Source: Bacteroidia bacterium (GTDB taxonomy: Bacteria; Bacteroidota; Bacteroidia; UBA4408). Taken from it: 64,000 bases of DNA. Positions within the stretch are counted from its first letter, which is position 1. Each line of letters opens with the position of its first letter. The translations under genes and the position numbers were made by a program. Location: assembly GCA_044374175.1 (NCBI GenBank), contig JBILPB010000002.1, positions 109 to 64,108 of the forward strand, read 5' to 3'. The notes below the pieces were generated by a model. The model ran no database searches. It saw only the letters and a list, made by a program, of their open reading frames with translations, and was not told the origin of the DNA. Positions 17,840 to 28,381 of the stretch are shown here, piece by piece.

Positions 17840-18526
17840 TTATATTGCATCTTGAATGCCTTGCTGTGCTTGTTGTTTTAGCTTTCCAAAAATGGCTTCT
17901 TCTACTTTATCGAAATCTTCTTTATTAAATATTTTTGTAAAATTACCTTCCTCAAGATAACAGATTTGATGACAAATAGCAAGCAAAGGGTCAATGATAT
18001 GAGATGAAATAAATATTGTTTTTCCTTTGTTAAATAAAGCGGTTATAATCCATTCTAAAATTTTATTGCTCTCTAAATCGAGGCCGTTGAATGGCTCATC
18101 AAACAAGTAAATTTGTTTGTCTTGTTTGAGCACAGCAAGCAAGGCTAATTTTTTTTTCATGCCTGTGGAGTAGGTTTCAATTAAATCATCCAAAGGCAAT
18201 TTAAAATGTGTTTGAAAAACCTCAAGTTGAAAATGCGAATTGCTATTTTTAAAAATATTTAAATACTCATTACCTGTAATGTTGCTGTAAAAAAAATTAG
18301 TTGTTTCGAGATAGGCAATGGTATCGTAATTAATCGGATTTTGTTGATGTAAAATGGTGTTAATTTCTGTTTTAATAATGCCTGAAAGCACGTTAAATAG
18401 TGTACTTTTTCCAGCACCATTTAAACCTGCAATGCCAATAATTTGAGGCTCATTAAATTGTGCATTCAAGTTATTTAAAACTATTTTTTTATCAAAAGAA
18501 ATGCTTAGTTCATTAATGCTAATCAT
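17840..18526 (-). CDS. ABC transporter ATP-binding protein.
   Basis: The protein is 228 aa. Walker A is GLNGAGKST, the signature-like motif is YSTGMKKKL, and Walker B is IYLFDEP. The 8-bp overlap with the upstream membrane-protein gene indicates translational coupling. Confidence 0.85.
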   Translation of the reverse strand: MISINELSISFDKKIVLNNLNAQFNEPQIIGIAGLNGAGKSTLFNVLSGIIKTEINTILHQQNPINYDTIAYLETTNFFYSNITGNEYLNIFKNSNSHFQLEVFQTHFKLPLDDLIETYSTGMKKKLALLAVLKQDKQIYLFDEPFNGLDLESNKILEWIITALFNKGKTIFISSHIIDPLLAICHQICYLEEGNFTKIFNKEDFDKVEEAIFGKLKQQAQQGIQDAI

Positions 18527-19460
18527 GAAAATAATTGTTTAAATTTTGAATGGCTTTTTTGTAATACACAATTGCAAAAATAACTGGCAATGGCAATAAA
18601 TAAGGAACAACAGAAGCAATTGAAATTATAGCTACACTGATGTTAGAAGCCAAATTTTGCTGCGCAGGTACATAGCTGCTGTATTTTGCGTTTATGGCAA
18701 AAATAATTAGAGATAATTGTACCAATAAAAACAATACATTAATTTCTAGGAAGTCATGATTGAATATACTATTTAAAATGAGCACAGGCGCATAATAAAT
18801 GCAAACATAAAAAGAGTGTACTTTTATTTTTTCGTTTAAAAAATCCTTTGCATTATTATGTTGTGCCCTCAGTATATGAACGGCTTCATGCTCGCTATAA
18901 AAGTTTAGAATTGCTGTGGTTATTATCCAAAGTAGTAAAAGGGGTAAAAAGCGCATCCAGCAAGTTGCAAGTGCTAGTGTATACAAAGGTAGAATAGTCA
19001 AAAAAGAATTTCTGAGCCCACTCACCCATTCAATGGAATGAGCTGTTGGAAACAAGGTAGATATATTTTTTAAACTGGTTTTTGGCGTTGGTGAATAGCG
19101 CAAATAAGGAATAAACCAAAGTAAAATAAGCAATAAGGGATAGTAGAAATAATGTGGTGTAAAAATGGCAGTGAATGCAAAGGGCAAAGTAAGCAAGATA
19201 TATTCAACATACATTTGCAAATGATCATTGGAGAGATGCAATTGAGCAAATTTTTTATCCTTTCTACGAATATGAATACTAACGCAAAGTAAAACTAGTA
19301 TTGCGGTTAATAATGCTCCATAGCGCATATTGTCATAAGCTTTGTATGAAGCAATAGATAAACCTATAATTAGAAACGGGAGTAAAATTGAACCTAATCC
19401 ACCATCTTTTAATATGCGAATTGCCTGTAAATATCTTATATAGATTAAAGCGAATGACAT
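18519..19460 (-). CDS. Polytopic integral membrane protein, the putative permease partner of the adjacent ABC ATPase.
   Basis: The protein is 313 aa with 8 or more hydrophobic segments. I recognised no catalytic motifs. It is operonic with the ATPase. Confidence 0.45.
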   Translation of the reverse strand: MSFALIYIRYLQAIRILKDGGLGSILLPFLIIGLSIASYKAYDNMRYGALLTAILVLLCVSIHIRRKDKKFAQLHLSNDHLQMYVEYILLTLPFAFTAIFTPHYFYYPLLLILLWFIPYLRYSPTPKTSLKNISTLFPTAHSIEWVSGLRNSFLTILPLYTLALATCWMRFLPLLLLWIITTAILNFYSEHEAVHILRAQHNNAKDFLNEKIKVHSFYVCIYYAPVLILNSIFNHDFLEINVLFLLVQLSLIIFAINAKYSSYVPAQQNLASNISVAIISIASVVPYLLPLPVIFAIVYYKKAIQNLNNYFHD

Positions 19461-19536
19461 AGGTTAATCCAATATTAATTTGTTTGATTAAAAGATGATG
19501 AATGAAAATGTAAATAAATTATGTGCAAAAAAAATC

Positions 19537-19857
19537 TTATAATTTTTTATTGTTGTGATGTCTTTCATGATCGCGTGCTACTTTTCTTTCCATATTTAAT
19601 GCAAGTTGTTTTTGCAGGTCTACCCCAGTTTGATTAGCAAGACAGAGTAATACAAAAAGTACATCTGCCAACTCTGGACCTAAATCTTGCTTTTCGCTTT
19701 CTTTAAATGATTGCTCACCATATTTCCTTGAAATAATTCTGGCCACTTCGCCAACCTCTTCGGTTAAAATGGCCATATTGGTAAGTTCGTTAAAGTACCG
19801 AACGCCATGGGTTTTAATCCATTCGTCAACGGCCTGTTGTGCTTGTGTTATTGTCAT
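19537..19857 (-). CDS. MazG-like nucleotide pyrophosphohydrolase (small all-alpha NTP-PPase).
   Basis: The protein is 106 aa. It carries EExGExxE-type motifs (LTEEVGEVARIISRKYGEQ…ELADVLFVLLCLAN) typical of the MazG/HisE superfamily. Confidence 0.65.
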   Translation of the reverse strand: MTITQAQQAVDEWIKTHGVRYFNELTNMAILTEEVGEVARIISRKYGEQSFKESEKQDLGPELADVLFVLLCLANQTGVDLQKQLALNMERKVARDHERHHNNKKL

Positions 19858-20336
19858 AGTGATGCTATTTGAATGGCTGCAATATCGTTTTTATAATCGT
19901 ATTGTAAATCTTCTTCTAATTTAAGCAATGCCTTGTCAATTTTAATAATTTGTCGGTTATATAAATTCAGCAAAGCTGTGCTATTATTTTGCTTGGTAAA
20001 AGGTTGTAATTGATAACAAATATAGATGAGTACGGCCACTTCCACATTCTTACTTCCTGAAAACTTAATGTATTTATTTGCTATGCGGATTACTTTTCTT
20101 AACTTTTTAAGCATATTGCTGAAGTTTAGTACCACTAAATTATTGAAGTACTCATCAATTTCAAGCTTTATATTTTCAATGTATTGCAACTCATTATGGG
20201 CTTCATAAAGCAAATAGGAAAGCAGTTCCTTATTTTCTCTTTTGTATTTCGACATGCGCATACAAATTTGAAGTATTTCTTTGGGACTCAAATTATGTAA
20301 GGCTGCTTTTATTTCATTACTGCTGGCACTTTTCAT
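19854..20336 (-). CDS. Hypothetical protein.
   Basis: The protein is 160 aa with no motif that I recognise. It overlaps the mazG-like gene by 4 bp, so the two are co-transcribed. Confidence 0.35.
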   Translation of the reverse strand: MKSASSNEIKAALHNLSPKEILQICMRMSKYKRENKELLSYLLYEAHNELQYIENIKLEIDEYFNNLVVLNFSNMLKKLRKVIRIANKYIKFSGSKNVEVAVLIYICYQLQPFTKQNNSTALLNLYNRQIIKIDKALLKLEEDLQYDYKNDIAAIQIASL

Positions 20337-20576
20337 AACGTATTTTAAAATTTAGTGACAATGGTATCATCATTTACAAAACAAAAGTAGCTTAAAAAAT
20401 GGTTAATAGCAGCGATGTATTTAATTCAACATGGCCGTTTTATGAGAATTATAAAAATAAAATTGGTCATTAATTTTATGTTTTTAATAGCTTTCAATGT
20501 TAAATGATTGCTCAAAAACGATAGTTTTAAAAGTAATTTTTATATTTACAGTTCACTATCCCTATCATTTACAGGT

Positions 20577-23500
20577 ATGAGAATCATTTTTACTATTTTC
20601 TCTTTTATAACTTTAAACTTTGCATTTGCACAAGTTTCTGATGATTTTACTGATGGCAACCTAAATATTGGTACCCTGTGGACTGGCGATGATTCAGTAT
20701 TTGTTGTGATTCCAGTTGTTTCAGACAATCAACTTAGATCCAACAAAACAATAACCAATAGTAGTTTTTACCTTTCAACAACAAATGCACTCATCAATGA
20801 TTGCCAATGGGAGTTTTTTGCAAATCTTCAATTTAATACTTCAAGTGCCAATTATGTAGATGTTTTTTTAACATCAGACAATGCCGATTTACAAAATGCA
20901 TCATCAAGCGGTTATTTTGTGCGCATAGGAAGTACGCAAGATGATATTTGCCTCTACAGAAGAGTGAGTGGCACAAATGTCAAAATTATTGATGGGATTG
21001 ATGGGATTACTAATTTTTCTAACAACAGTATGAAAATTAAAGTCGTAAGAACTGCTACAAATGATTGGTCATTGGAGCGCGATATGACTGGCACAGGAAA
21101 TACTTACACTTTAGAAGGAAGTATTAATGATGCTGCTGTTGTAACAAGTGGTTTTTTTGGATTCTCCATTGTACAATCTACCGCTTCATTTTTTCAAAAA
21201 CATTTTTTTGACGATATTTTAATAGGACCAATTGTAGTAGACACTACACCACCACAATTATTGAGTGCAACAGCATTAAACAATATTAATGTAGATGTTT
21301 TATTTAGTGAAGCTGTAAGTATTGCTACTTGCGAAAATATATTAAATTACAGCATTAATAATGGTATCAATATTTCAACAGCCACAAGAGATGCCATTGA
21401 TCCAACCTTGGTACACTTGGTTTTAAGCAACAGTCTAATAAATAATACTACTTATAATCTGGTGGTCAATAATATTGAAGACCTTGCAAATAATGCAGTT
21501 ACACCAGCAAGCAATGTAAATTTTAGTTATATAGTGGCAGCAAGCGCACAATTTAGAGATATTATTATCAACGAAATTTATACTGATCAAACCCCTTTGG
21601 TAGGTTTACCTAATGCCGAGTTTATTGAAATTTACAATCGTTCAGCAAACGCATTTAATATTGGTGGTTGGAAAATTAGTGATCCAACAACAAATGGTAC
21701 CATTGGAAATTATACTATCCTACCAGGTCAGTATCTGGTACTTTGTGCGAATGCCGATACTGCCTTATATCAATCATTTGGGAATGTAAAAGGGGTTACC
21801 TCATGGCCCTCCTTAAACAATGCTTCTGATAGATTATTTTTAAAAACAGATGCAGGTATTTTTATCGACAGTGTAGCTTATGTTGACACTTGGTATCAGG
21901 ATGTAGTAAAGGCTGCAGGCGGTTGGACATTGGAATTAATTAATCCAAGTATAGCAAGTAATTGTGCTGGTGGTGGCAACTGGATTGCGAGTAATCATCC
22001 TTCAGGTGGCACGCCAGCGCAGGTAAATTCAGTATTTAATGGAACACCAGATAATACTCCTCCACAAATTATTGGTATTGAAACGCCTAACGCTACAACA
22101 CTCAATGTATGCTTTAGCGAGCCAATCAATCCACAATTGTTGACGAGTTCAAATATTACCATTAACAATGGAATTGGAGCGCCAACAGCTGTTACCATAA
22201 ATGCCAATTGCATTAGCTTAACACTATCTACTGCATTGCAGGTTGGCATTAATTATACCATCACATGCACCAATTTAAGCGATTGTTCGGGCAACGCACT
22301 TGTGCCACCCAGCTTTAATTTTATTTACTTTTTACCAGCACAGTTCGATGTGGTTATTAATGAAATTATGGCCGATCCTTCACCTATTGTTGGTTTGCCA
22401 GATGCAGAATTTATTGAATTATATAACAGAACTAATTATACCATAAGTACCAATGGCTGGACTTTTGAGCATGGCACTACTGTTCGAAGTTTACCTAATG
22501 TGGTTATTCCTGCCGATAGCTTTCTAGTGTTAACCAACTCGGCAGCATTAGCAGATATGAGTATTTATGGCAATGTGGTAGCAGTTACAAGTTTAAGCAG
22601 CACCGCCATCACAAATGCTGGCACTACACTCACTATTAAAGATAATAATGGACAAATTATTCATCAGGTTACGTACAACGACCAATGGTACAACGATGCA
22701 GGAAAAGCTGCTGGTGGATGGTCATTAGAAATGATTGACACTTCGAACCCTTGTGCAGCGGGCACTAATTGGACTGCTTCTAATAATCCAGATGGTGGTA
22801 CGCCTGGAAAAAAGAATTCGGTTTATGGTTCAAATCCAGATGCTATTGCCCCTAATTTAGGAAGTGTAAGAATTATTAACAGTAATCAAATTGAAATAGA
22901 ATTTACAGAACCAATCATTAATTATACCAGTATTAATGCATCGCAATATGCTGTAAATGTTGGTATAGGAAGTCCTGCAACAATTAATTATGTTGGTACT
23001 CCAGCTAATAGAGTAATCCTGTCATTTTCAAACGCTTTACAGTTAAATATAATTTATACAGTTACCCTTTCTACTGCTTTAAGTGATTGTGTTGGAAACA
23101 ACAGTGCAGCAGCGCTTTCGGCAAATTTTTCAAATTATAATGCTAAACCTTTTGATATAGTTATCAATGAAATTATGGCTGATCCGGATCCTGCTATTGG
23201 GCTTCCAAATTTTGAATATGTAGAATTGTTGAATAGGTCTGTATTTCCAATTAATTTGGCACAATGGCAATTAAAATATGGGACAAGTTTTAAAACATTG
23301 CCATCTGCCAGCATTAACCCTGGTGAATATATTATTCTTTGTGCAGCCAACGCATATCAATCGTTACAGAGTTTTGGTAAAACTATTATTGTACCAGGAT
23401 TGTCATCAAGTGCTATCACAAATTCTGGAACATCTCTTATTATTGCCGATACTTCTGGAAAAGTAATTCATGCCATTAATTATAATGATACCTGGTATGG

Positions 23501-25604
23501 CAATGCAGATAAAGCTGATGGCGGTTATAGTTTAGAACAAATTGATGCACTAAATCCGTGTGTAGGAAAAAGTAATTGGATGGCTTCATCTAATGTTTTA
23601 GGAGGAACACCCTGTGCCATTAACAGTGTGGCAGCCAGCAATCCAGATAATAAAGCACCATTTTTAAAAGCGCTTTGTGCAGAAACAGCCAATACTTTAA
23701 GGGTAAAATTTAATGAGCCACAAGACAGTACTACCCTATTGAATGCCGCTATTTATGTTGTCGACAATGGAATAGGTGCACCAAGTGCAATTCAATTATC
23801 CGGACCTCTTTATGATCAGTTATTACTCACGTATACGAATGGATTTTCAAACAATACAATTTATACTTTAAGTATCAATGGCACTGTTAAAGATTGTGCT
23901 GGAAATGCTATTGCTTCCACAGCTAGTCAAAAGTTTTCACTATACCAAGCAAAAGCTTATGATGTAGTGGTAAATGAAATTATGGCCGATGAAACACCTG
24001 TTGTTGGTTTGCCAGCTACCGAATTTATTGAGTTGTATAATAAAACAAGTTATCCAATTAGCCTATTGGGGTATAAGCTAGAGACTGGAAGCTCCAACAC
24101 AATTTTGGGTTGTGCAAGTATTCAGGCAGGCGATTTTTTAACTATTTTACAAAAAACAGGGAACAGTGAAGATGTTATTTTTGGCAACAGTTATGTAGCC
24201 GAAAGTTACAGTTCATTAACTAACTCAGGGACTGAAATAACACTTAGTACAAATTCAGGAACTATTATTTCTAATGTTTATTTTTCTGATCAGTGGTATG
24301 AGAACAGCAATAAAGCTCTTGGTGGTTGGAGTTTAGAACAAAAAGACCCATTAAACCCTTGTGCAGGTATAGATAACTGGAGCGCCAGCAATGATGCAAA
24401 TGGTGGCACCCCAGGAAAAGTTAATAGTATCAATTCCTTAAATCCCGATACAAAAGCACCTGAAATTATTCGAATTGCCTATCTCAATAATACCAATATT
24501 GTGATTTATTTTTCAGAATCTCTTCATGCGAATTCAATTTATAATGCTACCAGTTATACCATCAATAATGGTATAGGTAGTCCTTCTATCATTATCCCTT
24601 ACTTCCCTGAATTGAAAAAAGTGGGGTTAAACTTAGCGGTGCCGCTGCAAACAGGTATTATCTATACATTAACTATAAACGGTACATTAACCGATTGTGT
24701 GGGTAATTTAATCAATACGATTATTACCGGCAGATTTGCTATTCCTCAACCTATGGTGAAAGGTGATCTTATTTTGAATGAAATTTTATTTAATCCTAAA
24801 ACAGATGGCTATGATTTTGCAGAATTTTATAATTCAAGCAGCAAAGTGTTAAGTTTAGATGAGGTTAAAACAGCCAATGTTGACACACTTGCAAATGCTT
24901 TTTCAAACCTAAGTTTTATTGATACATTGGGCTATTTAATTTTTCCAAAGGAATATTATGTGCTAAGCCAAGGTGCTGAAACTGTAATAAAACAATACAA
25001 TACCACCAACGAAAAGAACTTTATCAACGTAAGTACTATGCCCTCGATGAATGTGGGTGATGGAAGTTTTGGCTTGATTTTAAAAAATGATACTTTGCTT
25101 GATGCGCTGATGTATACCGAAGATATGCACTATCCATTAATTAGAGATAAAAAAGGTGTTTCATTGGAAAGAATAAGTTTTAATAGAAGTAGTAGTGATT
25201 TAAGCAATTGGCATTCGGCTGCCGAACAAGTGGGCTTTGCAACGCCAGGAGATAAAAATTCTCAGTTCATGGATGATAGCGAAGCTACTGATATAATTAG
25301 TTTTGCAAATGAAATATTCTCGCCCGATAATGATGGTTACAATGATGTTTTGATAATCAATTATTTATTTTCGGAACCTGGTTTTGTTGGAAATGCTTCT
25401 ATTTACGATGCGAGGGGGCGTTTGATGTCATCCATTATGAAAAATGAGTTACTAGGAACGAGTGGTGTATTTAGCTGGGATGGCATTACAGAAAACAACG
25501 AAAAAGGCAGTATTGGCGTCTATACTTTATTCTTTGAATATTTTGATACCAAAGGAAACACAAATAAAATTAGAAAAAGTTTTGTTTTGGCAGGTAAACT
25601 TTAA
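20577..25604 (+). CDS. Protein of 1675 aa with five lamin-tail-domain (LTD) modules interspersed with Ig-like domains. It ends in a T9SS type-B C-terminal sorting domain.
   Basis: The signal peptide is MRIIFTIFSFITLNFAFAQ. The tracked ORF starts at 20508. The LTD signatures are IINEIYTDQTPLVGLPNAEFIEIYNRS, VINEIMADPSPIVGLPDAEFIELYNRT, VINEIMADPDPAIGLPNFEYVELLNRS, VVNEIMADETPVVGLPATEFIELYNKT and ILNEILFNPKTDGYDFAEFYNSS. The C-terminus reads FSPDNDGYNDVL…W(D)G…GVYTLFFEYFDTKGN, the gliding-motility-type CTD. Confidence 0.8.
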   Translation: MRIIFTIFSFITLNFAFAQVSDDFTDGNLNIGTLWTGDDSVFVVIPVVSDNQLRSNKTITNSSFYLSTTNALINDCQWEFFANLQFNTSSANYVDVFLTSDNADLQNASSSGYFVRIGSTQDDICLYRRVSGTNVKIIDGIDGITNFSNNSMKIKVVRTATNDWSLERDMTGTGNTYTLEGSINDAAVVTSGFFGFSIVQSTASFFQKHFFDDILIGPIVVDTTPPQLLSATALNNINVDVLFSEAVSIATCENILNYSINNGINISTATRDAIDPTLVHLVLSNSLINNTTYNLVVNNIEDLANNAVTPASNVNFSYIVAASAQFRDIIINEIYTDQTPLVGLPNAEFIEIYNRSANAFNIGGWKISDPTTNGTIGNYTILPGQYLVLCANADTALYQSFGNVKGVTSWPSLNNASDRLFLKTDAGIFIDSVAYVDTWYQDVVKAAGGWTLELINPSIASNCAGGGNWIASNHPSGGTPAQVNSVFNGTPDNTPPQIIGIETPNATTLNVCFSEPINPQLLTSSNITINNGIGAPTAVTINANCISLTLSTALQVGINYTITCTNLSDCSGNALVPPSFNFIYFLPAQFDVVINEIMADPSPIVGLPDAEFIELYNRTNYTISTNGWTFEHGTTVRSLPNVVIPADSFLVLTNSAALADMSIYGNVVAVTSLSSTAITNAGTTLTIKDNNGQIIHQVTYNDQWYNDAGKAAGGWSLEMIDTSNPCAAGTNWTASNNPDGGTPGKKNSVYGSNPDAIAPNLGSVRIINSNQIEIEFTEPIINYTSINASQYAVNVGIGSPATINYVGTPANRVILSFSNALQLNIIYTVTLSTALSDCVGNNSAAALSANFSNYNAKPFDIVINEIMADPDPAIGLPNFEYVELLNRSVFPINLAQWQLKYGTSFKTLPSASINPGEYIILCAANAYQSLQSFGKTIIVPGLSSSAITNSGTSLIIADTSGKVIHAINYNDTWYGNADKADGGYSLEQIDALNPCVGKSNWMASSNVLGGTPCAINSVAASNPDNKAPFLKALCAETANTLRVKFNEPQDSTTLLNAAIYVVDNGIGAPSAIQLSGPLYDQLLLTYTNGFSNNTIYTLSINGTVKDCAGNAIASTASQKFSLYQAKAYDVVVNEIMADETPVVGLPATEFIELYNKTSYPISLLGYKLETGSSNTILGCASIQAGDFLTILQKTGNSEDVIFGNSYVAESYSSLTNSGTEITLSTNSGTIISNVYFSDQWYENSNKALGGWSLEQKDPLNPCAGIDNWSASNDANGGTPGKVNSINSLNPDTKAPEIIRIAYLNNTNIVIYFSESLHANSIYNATSYTINNGIGSPSIIIPYFPELKKVGLNLAVPLQTGIIYTLTINGTLTDCVGNLINTIITGRFAIPQPMVKGDLILNEILFNPKTDGYDFAEFYNSSSKVLSLDEVKTANVDTLANAFSNLSFIDTLGYLIFPKEYYVLSQGAETVIKQYNTTNEKNFINVSTMPSMNVGDGSFGLILKNDTLLDALMYTEDMHYPLIRDKKGVSLERISFNRSSSDLSNWHSAAEQVGFATPGDKNSQFMDDSEATDIISFANEIFSPDNDGYNDVLIINYLFSEPGFVGNASIYDARGRLMSSIMKNELLGTSGVFSWDGITENNEKGSIGVYTLFFEYFDTKGNTNKIRKSFVLAGKL

Positions 25605-25669
25605 CAATCAAATTCGAAAATTTACGTTAATTTTAAACTCTGTTTATGATTTGCGGTTATAAAAATGTA

Positions 25670-28357
25670 ATGAAAACACTAAAATTAATATTTACAGTTT
25701 CTTTTTTGATTGTTTGCAGTAATTTGTTTGCTACACACAACAGAGCAGGAGAAATTACATACACGCAAATTGGGGCCAGTCCTTTTACCCTAGAGTTTAC
25801 TTTAACTACATATACCAACATAGGAAATCAAATTCAAGCTGATCGCTGTCAAATGACTTTTTATTTTGGTGATGGAGATAGCTGCGTGGCCAATAGAGTT
25901 AATGGCCCTAGTGGTACTTGTCAATCACCTGCCATGATGGGTGAAGTGATCCTAAATGCGCCAGGTGGACAGGGTGGTGTCAAAAAAAATGTTTACAAGT
26001 GCATACATACCTATGCAGGTGGTGGAATTTTCACCGTTTCTGCCACTGATCCAAACAGAAATGATGGTATTATTAACATTCCTGGGTCCGTAAATGTGCC
26101 ATTTTATGTTCAAACTGTAATAACATTAAGTCCATTTTTAGGATTTAATAGCGGTGCCATTTTATATAATCCACCCATTGATAATGCATGTGTTTGTAAA
26201 AGATTTATACATAACCCAAATGCAATTGATCCCGATAATGATAGCCTCTCTTACGCTTTGGGTGTATGCAAAGGTGCAAATGGAAATAACATTGTAGGAT
26301 ATTCCATCCCACAAGGCATAACATTAAATCCAGTTACCGGTGATTTTATTTGGGAATGCCCAACACCACAAGGAGAATTTAATTTTGTTATTTTAATCAT
26401 CAGTTGGAGAAATGGTATTCCAATTGATAGTATTACGCGCGACATGCAAATTACAGTGGATGGCAGTTGTACCAACAACCCGCCTGAAATTGATATTCAG
26501 GATATTTGTGTTGATGCAGGAACATTATTAGATTTACCCGTTACGGCAACCGATCCAGATAATCATCAAATAACACTTACTGCTACAGGTGCTATATTTA
26601 ATTTTAATCCAAACCCTGCAAACTTTACCCAAAACATTACTGGTCCATCGCCATTAACTGGCAATTTTACTTGGCAAACAGCATGTAGTAATGTGAAGAA
26701 AATTCCTTATCAAGTTTCCTTCAAAGCAGAGGACATTCCAACCAACACCAACGATCAGGCATTGGTAGATATCAAAACCATCAGAATTACTGTAGTTTCA
26801 CCACCTCCAACTAATCTGAATGTGGCGCCACAGGGTACTTCCATCACTGTGAATTGGACGCCTACAATTTGTTCTCAAGCTGTTGGCTATAAAATTTATC
26901 GTAGAAGCGGCCCATCAGGTTTTGTTCCTTCGCAATGCGAAACAGGTGTGCCTGCCAGCACGGGGTATAGTTTAATTGCCACTTTAACAGGAAGTAGTTT
27001 AAATACTTACCTTGATAACAATAATGGGCAAGGATTAATTCATGGTGTAGATTATTGTTACATGATATGTGCCTATTTTGCTGATGGAGCAGAAAGCTAT
27101 GCTTCAAATGAAGACTGCACCACACTTAAAAAAGATGTACCAATAATTACGCATGTAACTGTTGATACAACCGCCACGCAAGGTAAAAATACCATTATTT
27201 GGTCGCCTGCACGCAGAAGTGAATTGGATACCATTGCTTTTCCAGGGCCCTATAAATACATCATCTACAGAAGTTCCGGAGCAAATTGCAATACATTAAC
27301 AGCTATTGATTCTATCGCTAATGTTACCTTGCCAGGAACTGATACTGATACCATTTATCAGCATATTAATGTGGATACGTATAATAATTCAAACAGCTAT
27401 CGCCTCGAGTTTTATAATGAAAATCCCAGAAAATATATTGGAAGTTCGCATTGTGCTTCTTCAGTTTATTTAGATATCGCGCCAAGTGATAACTCATTAA
27501 CGCTTGACTGGACATCAAATGTGCCATGGACAGAAGATACATTCACAGTGTATCGTCAAAATCCAACTACACTTGAATTCGATAGTTTAGGCTATGCAAC
27601 CATTGCACAATACACAGATAATGGTTTAACAAATGGCACTACTTACTGTTATAAAATAAGATCATCGGGGTATTATACCGAGCCAGGTATTGTTAAACCA
27701 TTGTTAAACTTTTCGCAAGAGGCTTGTGGTGTGCCATTCGATAATGTAGCACCTTGTACTCCAACAATAGCTATCACACCAAATTGTGATTCTATATTAA
27801 ACACTTTAACTTGGAATAATCCTAACTTAACTTGTGCCGATGATGTACTGCAATATAAAATTTACTTTAGCACCAACGATAGTGCAAATTTTGCAGAGAT
27901 TGCTACCATAAATGAAGCAGGAATACTTAGCTTTACACACAATAATAATAATATTTCTATTGCAGGTTGTTACTACATTACAGCCCTAGATAGCAACGCA
28001 AATGAAAGCCTTACAAGTGATACCGTTTGCGCAGATAATTGTCCTGTATATCAACTGCCAAATGTTTTTACCCCCAATGGCGATGGTACAAACGACTTTT
28101 TTAAACCATTTCCATATAAATACATTGAAAGTATTGATATGAAGATTTACAACCGTTGGGGAAATCTAATTTTTGCTACCAACGACCCAGAAGTATTGTG
28201 GGACGGCAGAAATCAGCAAAGTAAACAACCATGTTCAGATGGTGTTTACTATTATATTTGTAGTTTCACTGCCATTAAATTGCAAGGAAATATTACTGAA
28301 AGTTTACATGGATTTGTGCAGTTAATGTCAAGCCCTGTAAACAATGGCGGCAATTAA
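25670..28357 (+). CDS. Secreted FN3-containing protein of 895 aa with a T9SS type-B C-terminal sorting domain.
   Basis: The signal is MKTLKLIFTVSFLIVCSNLFA. The tracked ORF starts at 25646. An N-terminal THNRAGEITY motif is present. The FN3-like region reads PPPTNLNVAPQGTSITVNWTP…YKIYRR. The C-terminus reads FTPNGDGTNDFF…IYNRWGNLIF…WDGRN…GVYYY. Confidence 0.75.
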   Translation: MKTLKLIFTVSFLIVCSNLFATHNRAGEITYTQIGASPFTLEFTLTTYTNIGNQIQADRCQMTFYFGDGDSCVANRVNGPSGTCQSPAMMGEVILNAPGGQGGVKKNVYKCIHTYAGGGIFTVSATDPNRNDGIINIPGSVNVPFYVQTVITLSPFLGFNSGAILYNPPIDNACVCKRFIHNPNAIDPDNDSLSYALGVCKGANGNNIVGYSIPQGITLNPVTGDFIWECPTPQGEFNFVILIISWRNGIPIDSITRDMQITVDGSCTNNPPEIDIQDICVDAGTLLDLPVTATDPDNHQITLTATGAIFNFNPNPANFTQNITGPSPLTGNFTWQTACSNVKKIPYQVSFKAEDIPTNTNDQALVDIKTIRITVVSPPPTNLNVAPQGTSITVNWTPTICSQAVGYKIYRRSGPSGFVPSQCETGVPASTGYSLIATLTGSSLNTYLDNNNGQGLIHGVDYCYMICAYFADGAESYASNEDCTTLKKDVPIITHVTVDTTATQGKNTIIWSPARRSELDTIAFPGPYKYIIYRSSGANCNTLTAIDSIANVTLPGTDTDTIYQHINVDTYNNSNSYRLEFYNENPRKYIGSSHCASSVYLDIAPSDNSLTLDWTSNVPWTEDTFTVYRQNPTTLEFDSLGYATIAQYTDNGLTNGTTYCYKIRSSGYYTEPGIVKPLLNFSQEACGVPFDNVAPCTPTIAITPNCDSILNTLTWNNPNLTCADDVLQYKIYFSTNDSANFAEIATINEAGILSFTHNNNNISIAGCYYITALDSNANESLTSDTVCADNCPVYQLPNVFTPNGDGTNDFFKPFPYKYIESIDMKIYNRWGNLIFATNDPEVLWDGRNQQSKQPCSDGVYYYICSFTAIKLQGNITESLHGFVQLMSSPVNNGGN

Positions 28358-28381
28358 AAATTATTTTTTATTGTTTTTTGA

